DNA of 50,714 nt. Source: a virus (Duplodnaviria; Caudoviricetes). The stretch spans positions 1 through 50,714 of the IMG/VR virus record IMGVR_UViG_3300032156_000016, one strand, 5' to 3'. Shown piece after piece: positions 1 through 9,270 of this stretch (position 1 is the stretch's first letter; each line of letters starts with the position of its first letter). The notes beneath the pieces were generated by a model. That model was not told where the DNA came from. It searched no databases and worked only from the letters and a program-made list of their open reading frames with translations. A program made the translations under genes and the position numbers.

Positions 1-145
1 TCGCGGCAGTAGATGGAGCAGTAGCCGTCGATGCGAAACTCCTCGTCCTTGCATCCTTCCCTCGCGCACAAACGTACGCCGTTGACCATGCGAATCGGCC
101 AACCGAAGTCGTCTCTATCGTTCATGGTTTCTCCTTTGCCGCGTC
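1..145. repeat. Direct repeat of 49102-49246 (first 127 bp identical, then 2 mismatches in 18 bp)
   Basis: Direct comparison: 1-127 equals 49102-49228; mismatches at 128 and 134; sequences diverge after 145. Confidence 0.97.
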
Positions 146-506
146 CCTGGCACTCTCGGGTGCAATCGACCGTGTTGGCAAAGGCGCGAAGCAAATCGCT
201 GTCGGCCTCGCATACCCACTTGCCCAATTCGCGCTGGAGGATTAGTTGACGTAGCGCAAGCGCGGCTCGTGCTAGCGGCCCGACGTCGGCGCGGGGGTAG
301 GAGTTTGCGGCCCCGTTGCGAACGACATATTCCAATTTATCGCCCATTACTAATTTATGTCCAGCTAATATTAATGCTTCTTTAATTATGCCATAATGAT
401 TTACATCATATTCTACTGCTTCCATAATATGTTCTCTATCTATTGTCTCATGCATTGATGCTTGTATCATTAAGCCAGCAAATATTTCAGCTTGTCTCTT
501 CAACAT
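1..506 (-). CDS. Partial chimeric hypothetical protein (runs off window; joins the 48786-49226 frame if circular)
   Basis: Not in ORF track. ATG at 506 reads MLKRQAEIFAG...VMGDKLEYVVRNG...RECQGRGKGET-MNDRDDFGW with no stop to the window edge. Confidence 0.6.
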   Translation of the reverse strand, partial: MLKRQAEIFAGLMIQASMHETIDREHIMEAVEYDVNHYGIIKEALILAGHKLVMGDKLEYVVRNGAANSYPRADVGPLARAALALRQLILQRELGKWVCEADSDLLRAFANTVDCTRECQGRGKGETMNDRDDFGWPIRMVNGVRLCAREGCKDEEFRIDGYCSIYCR

Positions 507-753
507 CGGTGCTACCTCTTGACAGTAATTCGGCCTCTGCAATATCTACCAAGTCCATGCTCTTTTCTTTTAACAGTAATGTTAATAAACTACTCTCAGC
601 ATTAATACCTTTCCAATAATTTTTAAACACACTTATAAAAAGAACTAAGCTTTCCTCACTAGATTGTACCATATTCTCTCTATATGTTCCCTTTGGAATA
701 AGCAGTATATTTAGAAGTTCTCCAACACCTTTCCAATCTACATTGCCCATCAA
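487..753 (-). CDS. Hypothetical protein
   Basis: ORF in tightly overlapping minus-strand operon. Confidence 0.65.
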   Translation of the reverse strand: MMGNVDWKGVGELLNILLIPKGTYRENMVQSSEESLVLFISVFKNYWKGINAESSLLTLLLKEKSMDLVDIAEAELLSRGSTDVEETS

Positions 754-1094
754 TTTTTTCCCTTCTTATCAGATATCCACTGAAGGTATGACTTGTAATA
801 AAACATGAACTCAGACTCAGATAATGTTTCTATTTCTTTTCCATTAGGTAATCTATGCATTATAAATTCTCTATTATGATAACAGTAATTTGCTAACGAT
901 AAGAATGTTTTCATTAGTTTATACAGTTTATTGTGCATTGCATATTTAATTGGAATGTCTTGATTATCATGTGCCATATCAAATATATCATCAAATGCTT
1001 CTGCCTCTATCTTATATTGAGATATTAGTATTCCATTATATAAAAACGCAAGATAACATCTAGTAGCATCGTTTATTCTTTCGTAATTATCCAT
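750..1094 (-). CDS. Hypothetical protein
   Basis: ORF with GGAG upstream; stop overlaps next start. Confidence 0.7.
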   Translation of the reverse strand: MDNYERINDATRCYLAFLYNGILISQYKIEAEAFDDIFDMAHDNQDIPIKYAMHNKLYKLMKTFLSLANYCYHNREFIMHRLPNGKEIETLSESEFMFYYKSYLQWISDKKGKN

Positions 1095-1282
1095 GCTATA
1101 ACCACTCCAATTTCGAGTAGTATTACCAAAGACATTCTATATATATTCTTTGTCATTGAATATTTAAAATCTTTTCCTTTAATCACTGGAGAAGAATAGG
1201 TTGCCAGTATTTCGGCAATAAGTATTAATGCTCCTATGCTAGCCAATATAAAAATAATGATCTTATTTATCATGTTCATCAT
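1073..1282 (-). CDS. Small membrane protein (two hydrophobic segments)
   Basis: IIIFILASIGALILIAEILA and MSLVILLEIGVVIAWII; AAGGG SD. Confidence 0.7.
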   Translation of the reverse strand: MMNMINKIIIFILASIGALILIAEILATYSSPVIKGKDFKYSMTKNIYRMSLVILLEIGVVIAWIITKE

Positions 1283-1595
1283 CCCTTCTCATTGAGTCCA
1301 TTATTATCTGAGCATGTTCCGAGCAAGCTTTAACTTCTCTCTTAGGTTTTTTCCCAATCTCGTAAAAGTAATAATAAAGAAGTCTATCATCCAAAATATC
1401 GCCACTAGTGTAAGCAAAATTATCGCGATTAGTAAACTTATTATTCCCTTCACAAGATTTGCTACCATGAATTTTATCCTTTGTCATTACTATTAGCATT
1501 TCATCTATGATCGACCATCCTAAATTTATAATGCCAATAGTATCAGGGTCTATTCCATACCTTTCAATTACGATTTCCTTCTCCATATTGCACAT
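1263..1595 (-). CDS. Hypothetical protein
   Basis: Operonic ORF. Confidence 0.65.
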   Translation of the reverse strand: MCNMEKEIVIERYGIDPDTIGIINLGWSIIDEMLIVMTKDKIHGSKSCEGNNKFTNRDNFAYTSGDILDDRLLYYYFYEIGKKPKREVKACSEHAQIIMDSMRRDDEHDK

Positions 1596-1765
1596 CCTGT
1601 ACTAAGTTTCCTCCACTCGTTTTTCTTAGATATATCAACCATATCTTCTTGCTTATCTACTATTCTACATTCCTTCATTATTTCATCAATTACTTTTAAG
1701 CAATTATTTAAGTGAGAGTTTTCCCTTTCTGCCTGCTCTGCTTCCTTTTTGTTGTGCAAATTCAC
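1568..1765 (-). CDS. Hypothetical protein
   Basis: GTG start with GGGAG upstream; operonic. Confidence 0.55.
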   Translation of the reverse strand: MNLHNKKEAEQAERENSHLNNCLKVIDEIMKECRIVDKQEDMVDISKKNEWRKLSTGCAIWRRKS

Positions 1766-2012
1766 ACTCTCCCATATTAGGAAATCTATTCAGTAATAAT
1801 TTGTATATTTCAGATTGTATCATTGTTCTCTTATCATCATGCGCTCTTCTAAATGCGCTAAGTATCGTATCTTTTCTTAATCCCAATAACCTTATTTCAC
1901 CTGCCATTGACGAACCATAACCATAAACTTCATTTTCAATACATATTACTTGCTCTCTGGTAAGCCAATAGTACTTTATATTTCTACCTTTCCTTAAATC
2001 TGTAGTACCCAT
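1704..2012 (-). CDS. Putative HTH-like DNA-binding protein, paralog of 2104-2349
   Basis: Shares YYxLTxxQVxxI...TxxxAFRR...TxIxxxxYKxLxxxFxxMG with its neighbour. Confidence 0.65.
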   Translation of the reverse strand: MGTTDLRKGRNIKYYWLTREQVICIENEVYGYGSSMAGEIRLLGLRKDTILSAFRRAHDDKRTMIQSEIYKLLLNRFPNMGECEFAQQKGSRAGRKGKLSLK

Positions 2013-2025
2013 ATTGCCTTTCTAT

Positions 2026-2095
2026 AAAGACGTAGGCTGCGAAACGCATTTAACCTAAATGAATAATTATATCTTTTCAGGCACCTACGTCTTTA
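2026..2095 (-). terminator. 12-bp stem with about 46-nt loop (terminator or processing hairpin)
   Basis: TAAAGACGTAGG / CCTACGTCTTTA perfect inverted repeat, intergenic. Confidence 0.5.
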
Positions 2096-2103
2096 CAAAA
2101 TAA

Positions 2104-2349
2104 CTACACTCTTTCGGATTTTCCCATACCGTGAAAAAATCTAATCAGTGGTTTATAAACAAACGTACTAATAGTAGTTTCTCCATTAGCATCTACTCGT
2201 CTAAATGCTTGAACAAATGTACTTGAATTTACTCTTGCTTTTTCTGCTAGTTCTAACATGGTCATTTCTTTTCTTTCCATTTGTTTTCTGATAAACATGA
2301 CTTGTTTTGCTGTAAGTACATAGTACTCTTCACCTGTATGCCTAGCCAT
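2104..2349 (-). CDS. XRE/Cro-like HTH protein
   Basis: MTMLELAEKARVNSSTF HTH pattern; strong RBS AGGAGGATACAATG. Confidence 0.75.
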   Translation of the reverse strand: MARHTGEEYYVLTAKQVMFIRKQMERKEMTMLELAEKARVNSSTFVQAFRRVDANGETTISTFVYKPLIRFFHGMGKSERV

Positions 2350-2421
2350 TGTATCCTCCTACAGTTAAAAGGCTAGTAAGCGCGGGCCTTTCACCCTACC
2401 GGCGATTTGATCGCTACTGGA

Positions 2422-2481
2422 AGGGAAAGACAGAGGCTAGTTATACACTCGCTACCCAGACCTTCTAGCTTGTCCTTCCCT
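2422..2481 (-). ncRNA. Stem-loop related to 11246-11305
   Basis: AGGGAAAGACA..GCTAG / CTAGC..TGTCCTTCCCT; the mismatch reads G-U on the minus strand; loop contains GGGTAGC. Confidence 0.45.
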
Positions 2482-3222
2482 AAACCCTATAAACCCTCTC
2501 TAAACCCTCTCAGAAGGGTTTACGTTGTATTAAACAAATCGTATCTTATGATCGCACGCGATCTTATAAGCTTGTGAAACATTTCACGGAAAACCCTTTT
2601 TACCCTTCCGGTTAGATCAAGGCTTAAAATTCGTGTTGATTCATTAAACTTATTCATTAAAACTACCTTATCTTTTTTATTGATATATGGTTACGCTTAC
2701 CGCAAGGGGGGGGGTATCGGACTGACCCCTTGCGGAAACAGATTCATTAGGCACTTTTCCAATCCTTTGCGGTTAAATAAGTTATCTGATTCATATTTAA
2801 TTAATTCCTTTTACCGCACAGGGTTAGGGTTAAATGCTTATAACTCAACACTTTGGTTATATTATATAGAGTTACACTCAAGTCTTTGCGGTTAAATAAG
2901 TTACTCGTTCCATATTTAAGTAACTCCTTCTACCGCACAGGGTTGTATTTTACTCTAATGAACATTCTTCCGCAAGGGGTACATCCCTGACCCCCCCCTT
3001 GCGGTTCTAATAAGTGATTGCAATATATACATTTAACCCTTGTTTAATGAATGAGTTTAATGAATAACCGTGTAAAAACATAGGGTATCTCCCCAGAAGG
3101 GTAAGAAGGGTTTTCTGTGCAACATTTCACAAGCTCCCAACGCTATACATGCACACTCTTTACCTCTCGATTAATACACCATAAACCCTTCTGAGAGGGT
3201 TTAGAGAGGGTTTAGTAGGGTT
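2481..3222. repeat. About 742-bp interrupted inverted repeat, candidate replication origin
   Basis: About ten block pairs with coordinate sums 5704/5705; 8 CCGCA boxes; internal ~60-bp direct repeat at 2765 and 2884; directly downstream of primase-helicase. Confidence 0.8.
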
Positions 3223-5907
3223 TCAGTCATGGCCGATTCCTTCTGGTATGTCTGAACCTGACCCCTCTATCTCATCGAGTATGTCTTGCGGTATCGGTTC
3301 CTCTTGTGGTTTCTCAATTATATGTTCATCACCAGTGATCGGATCGTAAATCTTTTCTCCATACATATCATTAAATTGTGCCGCAATTTCATTCGCCGTT
3401 GGCAAGAAGCCAGCGTAAAAATCTTTATCAATAGGTATTAATCGTGTTTCTTTTCCACGCCCACCGCCATGATCTAAGTAATCAAGATAGCCATGATCTC
3501 TTAATGGCTTCGACCATTTATAAATTTCTTCTTTCTTCATGTGCATTATTTCTGCTATGTCTTTATATGTTATTGAGAATTGTTCATTAGATTCTACTCT
3601 TTCATATTCATCTCCAAATAAAGTATTATTAACAGAAGGCTCATATTCTTTCCATTTATTTTTTTCCTCTATAATTCTATAATAAATATCTTTAGCCTTC
3701 GGTGGTAATTCATATAGAGTTTCTACAAGTATTTCGTTAAGAAGTATTCTAGCAATATTGTAATCGCACAAATTTGCTATTACAAATCTCCCTTCATCGG
3801 TGTCTATAATTTTTCTACCAGATTGAAACTGGTGGAAAATTGCTATAGTCTCAAGAATAGTAAGAAACCTAACTCTATCACGCATGACGCGGATTGGACT
3901 AGATGGAAATGCATCGAGTATTGATTTAACATATGGTATTCGTACTCTTAATCCCTTTTCTAAACAGCGTTGTGCATTATGAAATAATATAATCTCTTCC
4001 TTAGATAATCCTGCTGCTGTTCCTAAGTACTGTTCTTCGAGAACAACAGCAGTTTCCTGTACCTTCTCTGGACTTACCTGTACAAAGATAGAAAAGTTTC
4101 TCGTTTCATTCTCTGGGTTAATCTCAGGATTTGTAGTAGAAGTAATGAATCCACATGGGCCTTTAACTCTCTTAGTTACAGTTACCATTTCATTAGTGTC
4201 TGAATCTTTCTGCACTGTCATAATAATAAGATCGCCTTCACCTATCCCATCCTGTGCTTCCCTAATAGAATATTCTGAATCTTCAGTGCCATGCATTTCG
4301 CCAATTACTATCATCTTATGCATCAAATCATTCTCTCCAAGATAATAGAATGCTTTGGCGGTAGCTTCTTGAATCATAAATACGCCCTCTGGTGGAAAGA
4401 GGGTCATTGTTTTTTTCATTAAGTGGGTCTTTCCAGAAGATGATAAGCCTTTTACTATTGCTGATATTGGTTGTGGCATGATTCGTGATGTAAATATTAA
4501 GTACACTAAGATTTTATTAATGTCTTCTCCTACTACTTGTTGTTTTCTTAATGCTTCCTTTACTTTAAACAACAATCTACCAGAAGACAAGAACGAAATA
4601 GCCTCGCGTTTTTCATCCTCACTCATTACATATTCTTTTTTGGCTTCCTTGTCTTCCTGTTTTTCCTCCAGTTGTTGTGCGACTCCAATATTTAAATCAT
4701 TAAGTAAAGATTTTAATTGCTTCTTATCTATAGTATTATTTGTATCATACAAGTGAATAGCAAACGACGCTCTTGATCTTACATTTGAAAGATCAACAAC
4801 TCCACGATACTTAAAACCGCCCCTGTATATAACGTCAACCGTTGCACGAATTACTTGTTTTCTTTCTATTATATCTCTGACAGCAAATATTATATCATAA
4901 TCTTTTGGTACGCCATATCCAAAAAGAATTAAATTGTCACCCGATCTAATGTACATTAATTCTTTTTGTACGATACTTTTTCCAACTTGTTTCTCTACTA
5001 TAGAACCACCATTAAATAAATGATCTGATACATCATGTCCTTCTGGTAAATCAACTAAAGTAATTTCTATGTCATGTTCTATTAAGTATTCAATAGCTTT
5101 TGATTTACCAGTAATTCCAGCAGAGTCATTATCAAATATTAATACCGCCGTTTTACCTTTAAATTTTTCTGCTATTTTCTTTGGAAAATTTCCCGCCCCA
5201 AGAACAGCAATACATGAATCATATCCAGCAGTTTCCATTGCTAATGCATCTGGTATACCTTCACATACATAGATTTTTTTGGAACTCCCGCAAAGTAAAT
5301 CATAATTAAATACAGGGATATGCTTACCAAAATTATGTGTGTTAATAAATTTTGCTTCTGGTTTTAATCCAGTACATGATCTACCAGTTACGAATGTCCA
5401 TTGCTCTTGTATCTTTATGGGGAAAATGATACGTCTATAAAATTTGTTAGTATATTTTTCATTATCATAATTCATTAATCCAATCTGTACTGCTATATCT
5501 AAATCGGGATATTTTGGCCTGTCAATACTATGTCCTATACAATACTTCTTAATTATATCCATGTCTACATTACGATTAGTTGAGAAATATTCTTTTAATT
5601 CTTTAGTAATTACTAATGAGTCAATAAGTATTTGTATATACTCATTAAGTACTGTGCTATCTATTGATATTATTTCCTCTTCATACTCCTGAATATCTGC
5701 CGAATTTGCTATCTTTCCAGTTATTCCACAATGAAAACATTGAAACGCTCCCTTGCGTGTTCCTTTATTAACATAGAATTTTAGTTTATGTTTCTCTCTA
5801 CTGCCACATTCTTCATTAGGGCATAAGCATATAGATTCTGGCCCGAATCTTCCATGCTCCACCCTTTCTTCTTCTGTATCTCCGAAGCCAGGAACAATAT
5901 ATTTCAT
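3223..5907 (-). CDS. DNA primase-helicase fusion (Zn finger, TOPRIM, P-loop ATPase, probable C-terminal wHTH)
   Basis: CLCP...CFHCG Zn motif; RIIFPI; YVCEGIPDA and IFDNDSAG TOPRIM motifs; Walker A GLSSSGKT. Confidence 0.9.
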   Translation of the reverse strand: MKYIVPGFGDTEEERVEHGRFGPESICLCPNEECGSREKHKLKFYVNKGTRKGAFQCFHCGITGKIANSADIQEYEEEIISIDSTVLNEYIQILIDSLVITKELKEYFSTNRNVDMDIIKKYCIGHSIDRPKYPDLDIAVQIGLMNYDNEKYTNKFYRRIIFPIKIQEQWTFVTGRSCTGLKPEAKFINTHNFGKHIPVFNYDLLCGSSKKIYVCEGIPDALAMETAGYDSCIAVLGAGNFPKKIAEKFKGKTAVLIFDNDSAGITGKSKAIEYLIEHDIEITLVDLPEGHDVSDHLFNGGSIVEKQVGKSIVQKELMYIRSGDNLILFGYGVPKDYDIIFAVRDIIERKQVIRATVDVIYRGGFKYRGVVDLSNVRSRASFAIHLYDTNNTIDKKQLKSLLNDLNIGVAQQLEEKQEDKEAKKEYVMSEDEKREAISFLSSGRLLFKVKEALRKQQVVGEDINKILVYLIFTSRIMPQPISAIVKGLSSSGKTHLMKKTMTLFPPEGVFMIQEATAKAFYYLGENDLMHKMIVIGEMHGTEDSEYSIREAQDGIGEGDLIIMTVQKDSDTNEMVTVTKRVKGPCGFITSTTNPEINPENETRNFSIFVQVSPEKVQETAVVLEEQYLGTAAGLSKEEIILFHNAQRCLEKGLRVRIPYVKSILDAFPSSPIRVMRDRVRFLTILETIAIFHQFQSGRKIIDTDEGRFVIANLCDYNIARILLNEILVETLYELPPKAKDIYYRIIEEKNKWKEYEPSVNNTLFGDEYERVESNEQFSITYKDIAEIMHMKKEEIYKWSKPLRDHGYLDYLDHGGGRGKETRLIPIDKDFYAGFLPTANEIAAQFNDMYGEKIYDPITGDEHIIEKPQEEPIPQDILDEIEGSGSDIPEGIGHD

Positions 5908-5909
5908 TA

Positions 5910-6929
5910 CTATTCCCCTTCATCGGAATCCTCGTCCTCAACTTCTACTACTTGTGCGTATCCATCTGTTGTACCCATCAAACATAACGAAGAATAATCA
6001 CACATTGATATACACATGCCTGTTTTATTTTTAGTTAGCATCATATTAGAAATTTGATTAAGAGATATTTGTGCTTCATCTAAAAATTCCATACATTCTT
6101 TATATGATATTGGGCGATGGAAAGATTCGACTCCAATTATTCCATCGGTTTCTACTGAGTCAGACGGCTCTCCACTTTTCTTTACCACCGATCTAACTAT
6201 CTTTGTGTTAATAGGCCATTCATACAAACCAATCCCTTTATCTCCAAAACTTTTCCAAGCGGCCCAAGCATAAGATATAACAGCATCATTAGTCCTGGCT
6301 TCACTAATACCATCTTTTACTGCATACTTACGCATTCCAATTTTCCAATCATATACAGATGTAGTTCCGTTACTTGTGTCTATTCCTATCATGTCCACAA
6401 TATTCTTTACTTGTATTTTTGTAGTTAGCGGATAAGTTAATGACAATTCAATCGCCGGAACTCCATTGACAACTACTGGATATATATTTCTACTTGTGAT
6501 ATACTTCCTAAGTAAAAAAATAGAAGTAATCATTTGTTTATGGAACTCTTCCCAAGAATAAAATCCTCGTTTATCATGTGGAAATTCATATCTAGATTGA
6601 ATAGCATCATACACATCATCAGTCCTATATGCATATTCCCAAAGAATAATTTTGACTAATTGTTCTATCGGCATGTCCGCGTACTGTTCCCATCCTGGCA
6701 TTGCAGATTGCTTACTCATTAACCATAACTGCATAGCACGATGAACAACGCGACCACGCAATAATGATGCACTCTCTTTTAATGGCTTAATTCTTTTGAC
6801 ATATTTGTAAAAGAATTTTTGTCCGCAACTCTTACTGGTGGAAAGCATGGTAGGCGACAAATGAAAATGAATAGGATAAAAAGTTTCAGGGCGAGATAGG
6901 TCAATTATTTCTCCGGTCTTTAGTTTCAT
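5910..6929 (-). CDS. PD-(D/E)XK (RecB/AddB/Cas4-like) exonuclease
   Basis: HLSPT...CGQKFFYKY, G..VH, E, IVD, VYDWK and C-terminal CxxxCxYxxxC. Confidence 0.85.
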   Translation of the reverse strand: MKLKTGEIIDLSRPETFYPIHFHLSPTMLSTSKSCGQKFFYKYVKRIKPLKESASLLRGRVVHRAMQLWLMSKQSAMPGWEQYADMPIEQLVKIILWEYAYRTDDVYDAIQSRYEFPHDKRGFYSWEEFHKQMITSIFLLRKYITSRNIYPVVVNGVPAIELSLTYPLTTKIQVKNIVDMIGIDTSNGTTSVYDWKIGMRKYAVKDGISEARTNDAVISYAWAAWKSFGDKGIGLYEWPINTKIVRSVVKKSGEPSDSVETDGIIGVESFHRPISYKECMEFLDEAQISLNQISNMMLTKNKTGMCISMCDYSSLCLMGTTDGYAQVVEVEDEDSDEGE

Positions 6930-6930
6930 T

Positions 6931-7134
6931 TCATACCTTCTTCATTTCTAAATATTCAGATTGGAACTTATACTCTGGATCATAACTTGGAAGTTCATTA
7001 CTATTTAATATTTCAATTCCACATCCTCTACATTTAAAACGATCTGCTGGATATACATGACCATTCCCAAAATCTGCACCCACACTATTTTTATCACAAA
7101 ACATTTCCCTTCTACATTTCACACAAATTTTCAT
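6931..7134 (-). CDS. Small Zn-ribbon protein
   Basis: CVKC ... CRGC. Confidence 0.75.
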   Translation of the reverse strand: MKICVKCRREMFCDKNSVGADFGNGHVYPADRFKCRGCGIEILNSNELPSYDPEYKFQSEYLEMKKV

Positions 7135-7139
7135 CTCTT

Positions 7140-7325
7140 TTATTTTTCCTTCTCTGTGTCTGTCTCTACATTATACTCACACTCAGGGCATATCGACTCA
7201 TCTTCTGGAATATCCACAGCACCACACTTCGGACAATCCCACGGTTTAAATTGATCTTCTCCATAGTGTCCAGTAATATAATTGTCTAACTGATTTCGTT
7301 CGAACTTATTCATATCACTACTCAT
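7140..7325 (-). CDS. Small acidic Zn-ribbon protein
   Basis: CPKC ... CPEC; AGGAG SD. Confidence 0.75.
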   Translation of the reverse strand: MSSDMNKFERNQLDNYITGHYGEDQFKPWDCPKCGAVDIPEDESICPECEYNVETDTEKEK

Positions 7326-7464
7326 GTTTATCTCTCCTATTAATTATTCCAGTAAACTGAAAGATTGTTTTAATGAATGTAAAGAAGAACACGCATACAA
7401 CAGAAAGCGCAAGAACTGAAAATATCACGCCAATGATCATTAAAGCATTTAATATAAATTGCAT
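7318..7464 (-). CDS. 48-aa membrane protein
   Basis: Not in track; MQFILNALMIIGVIFSVLALSVVCVFFFTF...; fills the gap between coupled genes. Confidence 0.6.
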   Translation of the reverse strand: MQFILNALMIIGVIFSVLALSVVCVFFFTFIKTIFQFTGIINRRDKHE

Positions 7465-7727
7465 CATGGTAAATCATCTTCTCCTTCTAATAAAATCGCT
7501 TCATGCTCTTTTTGTTTTCCCTCTAGTAATGCTAGATATGTAACTTTATAATCTCTAGCACAAAGATCACTCATTAGAAATTTATGCACAATACCAGCCG
7601 CCAAATATTCAAATGTACTGAGTGAAGGATAGATAGGTTTTCCCTCTTTATTAATTATTTCAATTGTTTCGCCTTTCAAATATTCCTCAATCACCTGCTG
7701 AAATTCGGTAATCTTTTCTAAGAACAT
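7464..7727 (-). CDS. Hypothetical protein
   Basis: Start overlaps upstream stop; GGAG SD. Confidence 0.7.
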   Translation of the reverse strand: MFLEKITEFQQVIEEYLKGETIEIINKEGKPIYPSLSTFEYLAAGIVHKFLMSDLCARDYKVTYLALLEGKQKEHEAILLEGEDDLP

Positions 7728-7915
7728 TACTCCACTCTCCTAAGCATTTCCAATTCGCTTTCTCGCATTCTCTTTTCCCCTTTTGATGTGAGATATCTAA
7801 TGTAACCTTCAGATTTACAAAGAAGATCAGCGCATTCTCTGTATCCAATGCGCCTAATCATAAGCTTATCATTATTATTCAGATTAACCATCGTATCATT
7901 TATTACTTTCGGCAT
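7727..7915 (-). CDS. Small HTH DNA-binding protein
   Basis: GYRECADLLCKSEGYIRYL HTH pattern. Confidence 0.65.
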   Translation of the reverse strand: MPKVINDTMVNLNNNDKLMIRRIGYRECADLLCKSEGYIRYLTSKGEKRMRESELEMLRRVE

Positions 7916-7958
7916 GTTACCTGTCTACTTTATGGTTAATTAACAACAAGTAACTGAA

Positions 7959-7987
7959 GTGGGGGCCAAAAATATCTTGACCCCCAC
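7959..7987 (-). terminator. Intergenic hairpin, possible terminator
   Basis: GTGGGGG / CCCCCAC stem just after the 8000-8191 stop. Confidence 0.45.
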
Positions 7988-7999
7988 ACCATTAAAGTA

Positions 8000-8191
8000 C
8001 TAAGTAGTAATATACTGCTTAAACTTCTTTGCCTTTTCAGCATATTGCTCAAATGCCCAACCAAATACTAATCCCAACTGTTTCTCAGAAAGATTCTCAA
8101 ACATCCATGAAAGAGATTTCATTCCCTTAATTGTTGGGTCGGTCGGACTTTTTGGCTTCCGCACTTTCCTATCGTCTACCTGAGCAGACAT
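8000..8191 (-). CDS. Hypothetical protein
   Basis: RBS TAGGAGGATACAATG identical to that of the 2349 start. Confidence 0.75.
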   Translation of the reverse strand: MSAQVDDRKVRKPKSPTDPTIKGMKSLSWMFENLSEKQLGLVFGWAFEQYAEKAKKFKQYITT

Positions 8192-8205
8192 TGTATCCTC
8201 CTATA

Positions 8206-9270
8206 CTAAGATTGTTCGGCAGGAAATTCTGTATCCTTATCACTTTTCTCTTTCATTTCCTGAAGAACGAGTGCTTGGTTCCTGATAAATTCGCTTTCCC
8301 TTTCTTCAAACCATTCGACCACAGGTTTCATTACGCTGTAATCAGATTCCTTTCCAGTATTTGTGATTACAGGAATAACGTATGCTGATACAACTTCGAC
8401 TGAAAGAAGAGAAATATATCTATACAATGGTATACCCTTCTTTCCAGTCGGCCCTGAACTTCTTTTAAATCCAGCCAAAAAACTATCAGCCTTACTCAAA
8501 GAAGCTCTCTTATAATACACAACAAAGAGAAGTTTTCTAGTAAGGTGCCAACAATACATAAGTATGTGTTCGTCGCATGATGGTTTTGTCTCTACTGATC
8601 TGATACCATATTTCTTTCTATCTTCTGCTGTCATTGTGTTACCCCAACGGGCGCGGGGGCATTCTCCACAACATTCTATCTTAGTTTCTTTAGGTAAATA
8701 TGAGTAATCTTTGTTTGTAATTACTGACGTGTCGGTGTCAAGAGATTTAACAACTCGTTCACGTTTATTAAACTCTGTTGCTTGTGAACACATAGCATAA
8801 GGTTTGCTGGTGAAAGGATCAATACAGGATTGAAAATATTCTCCTTTGGCGTTCGGTGTTGGCCTGATTCCATCAAGAGAATATCCTACTGTGCGTTCCC
8901 ACGGTTCTAATCCTCTCGATTCATTATAAGGGACACTCTCAATATTCGGGCGTACTCTCTTGAGAACTACACATTCTATGCTGTCCTCTGGTTGAAACTG
9001 AGAGTAATCCCTACCAATACAAAGCTTATGATAGCCTGGATTTTCCTGTCCATTTTCTAAGTATTGATTGTTAGGAATGGTAAGTGTAAAAATATTTCTT
9101 GTTACTTCGCTGTCCCGTCTATCATAAACATCATTCTTTACTTCTTCTGAATCCCAAGGATTTGTTGTTAGGATAACTCCAGGAATATCTTCTGGTTGTT
9201 TCAAGATGTCACCAGCAAGATCATCTTCAATCTTTCCAATATCTTTTGTCTCTCTCTCGTTTTTCATCAT
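8206..9270 (-). CDS. Cys-containing replication-module protein, possibly ssDNA-binding or annealing
   Basis: SLDGIRP...CGECPRARWG...KPSC motif; located with nuclease and primase; function is inference. Confidence 0.5.
   Translation of the reverse strand: MMKNERETKDIGKIEDDLAGDILKQPEDIPGVILTTNPWDSEEVKNDVYDRRDSEVTRNIFTLTIPNNQYLENGQENPGYHKLCIGRDYSQFQPEDSIECVVLKRVRPNIESVPYNESRGLEPWERTVGYSLDGIRPTPNAKGEYFQSCIDPFTSKPYAMCSQATEFNKRERVVKSLDTDTSVITNKDYSYLPKETKIECCGECPRARWGNTMTAEDRKKYGIRSVETKPSCDEHILMYCWHLTRKLLFVVYYKRASLSKADSFLAGFKRSSGPTGKKGIPLYRYISLLSVEVVSAYVIPVITNTGKESDYSVMKPVVEWFEERESEFIRNQALVLQEMKEKSDKDTEFPAEQS

Noticed and set aside
2481-2510. AAACCCT and GGGTTAGGG telomere-like repeats
   Set aside because: Only 2-3 spaced internal copies, explained as blocks of the dyad; no protelomerase seen
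2680-2895. 71-aa plus-strand ORF
   Set aside because: Lies inside the dyad, opposite the operon, with no SD
5910-6929. Cas4-like nuclease as evidence of a CRISPR system
   Set aside because: No repeat-spacer array or other cas genes; such nucleases are common in phage recombination modules
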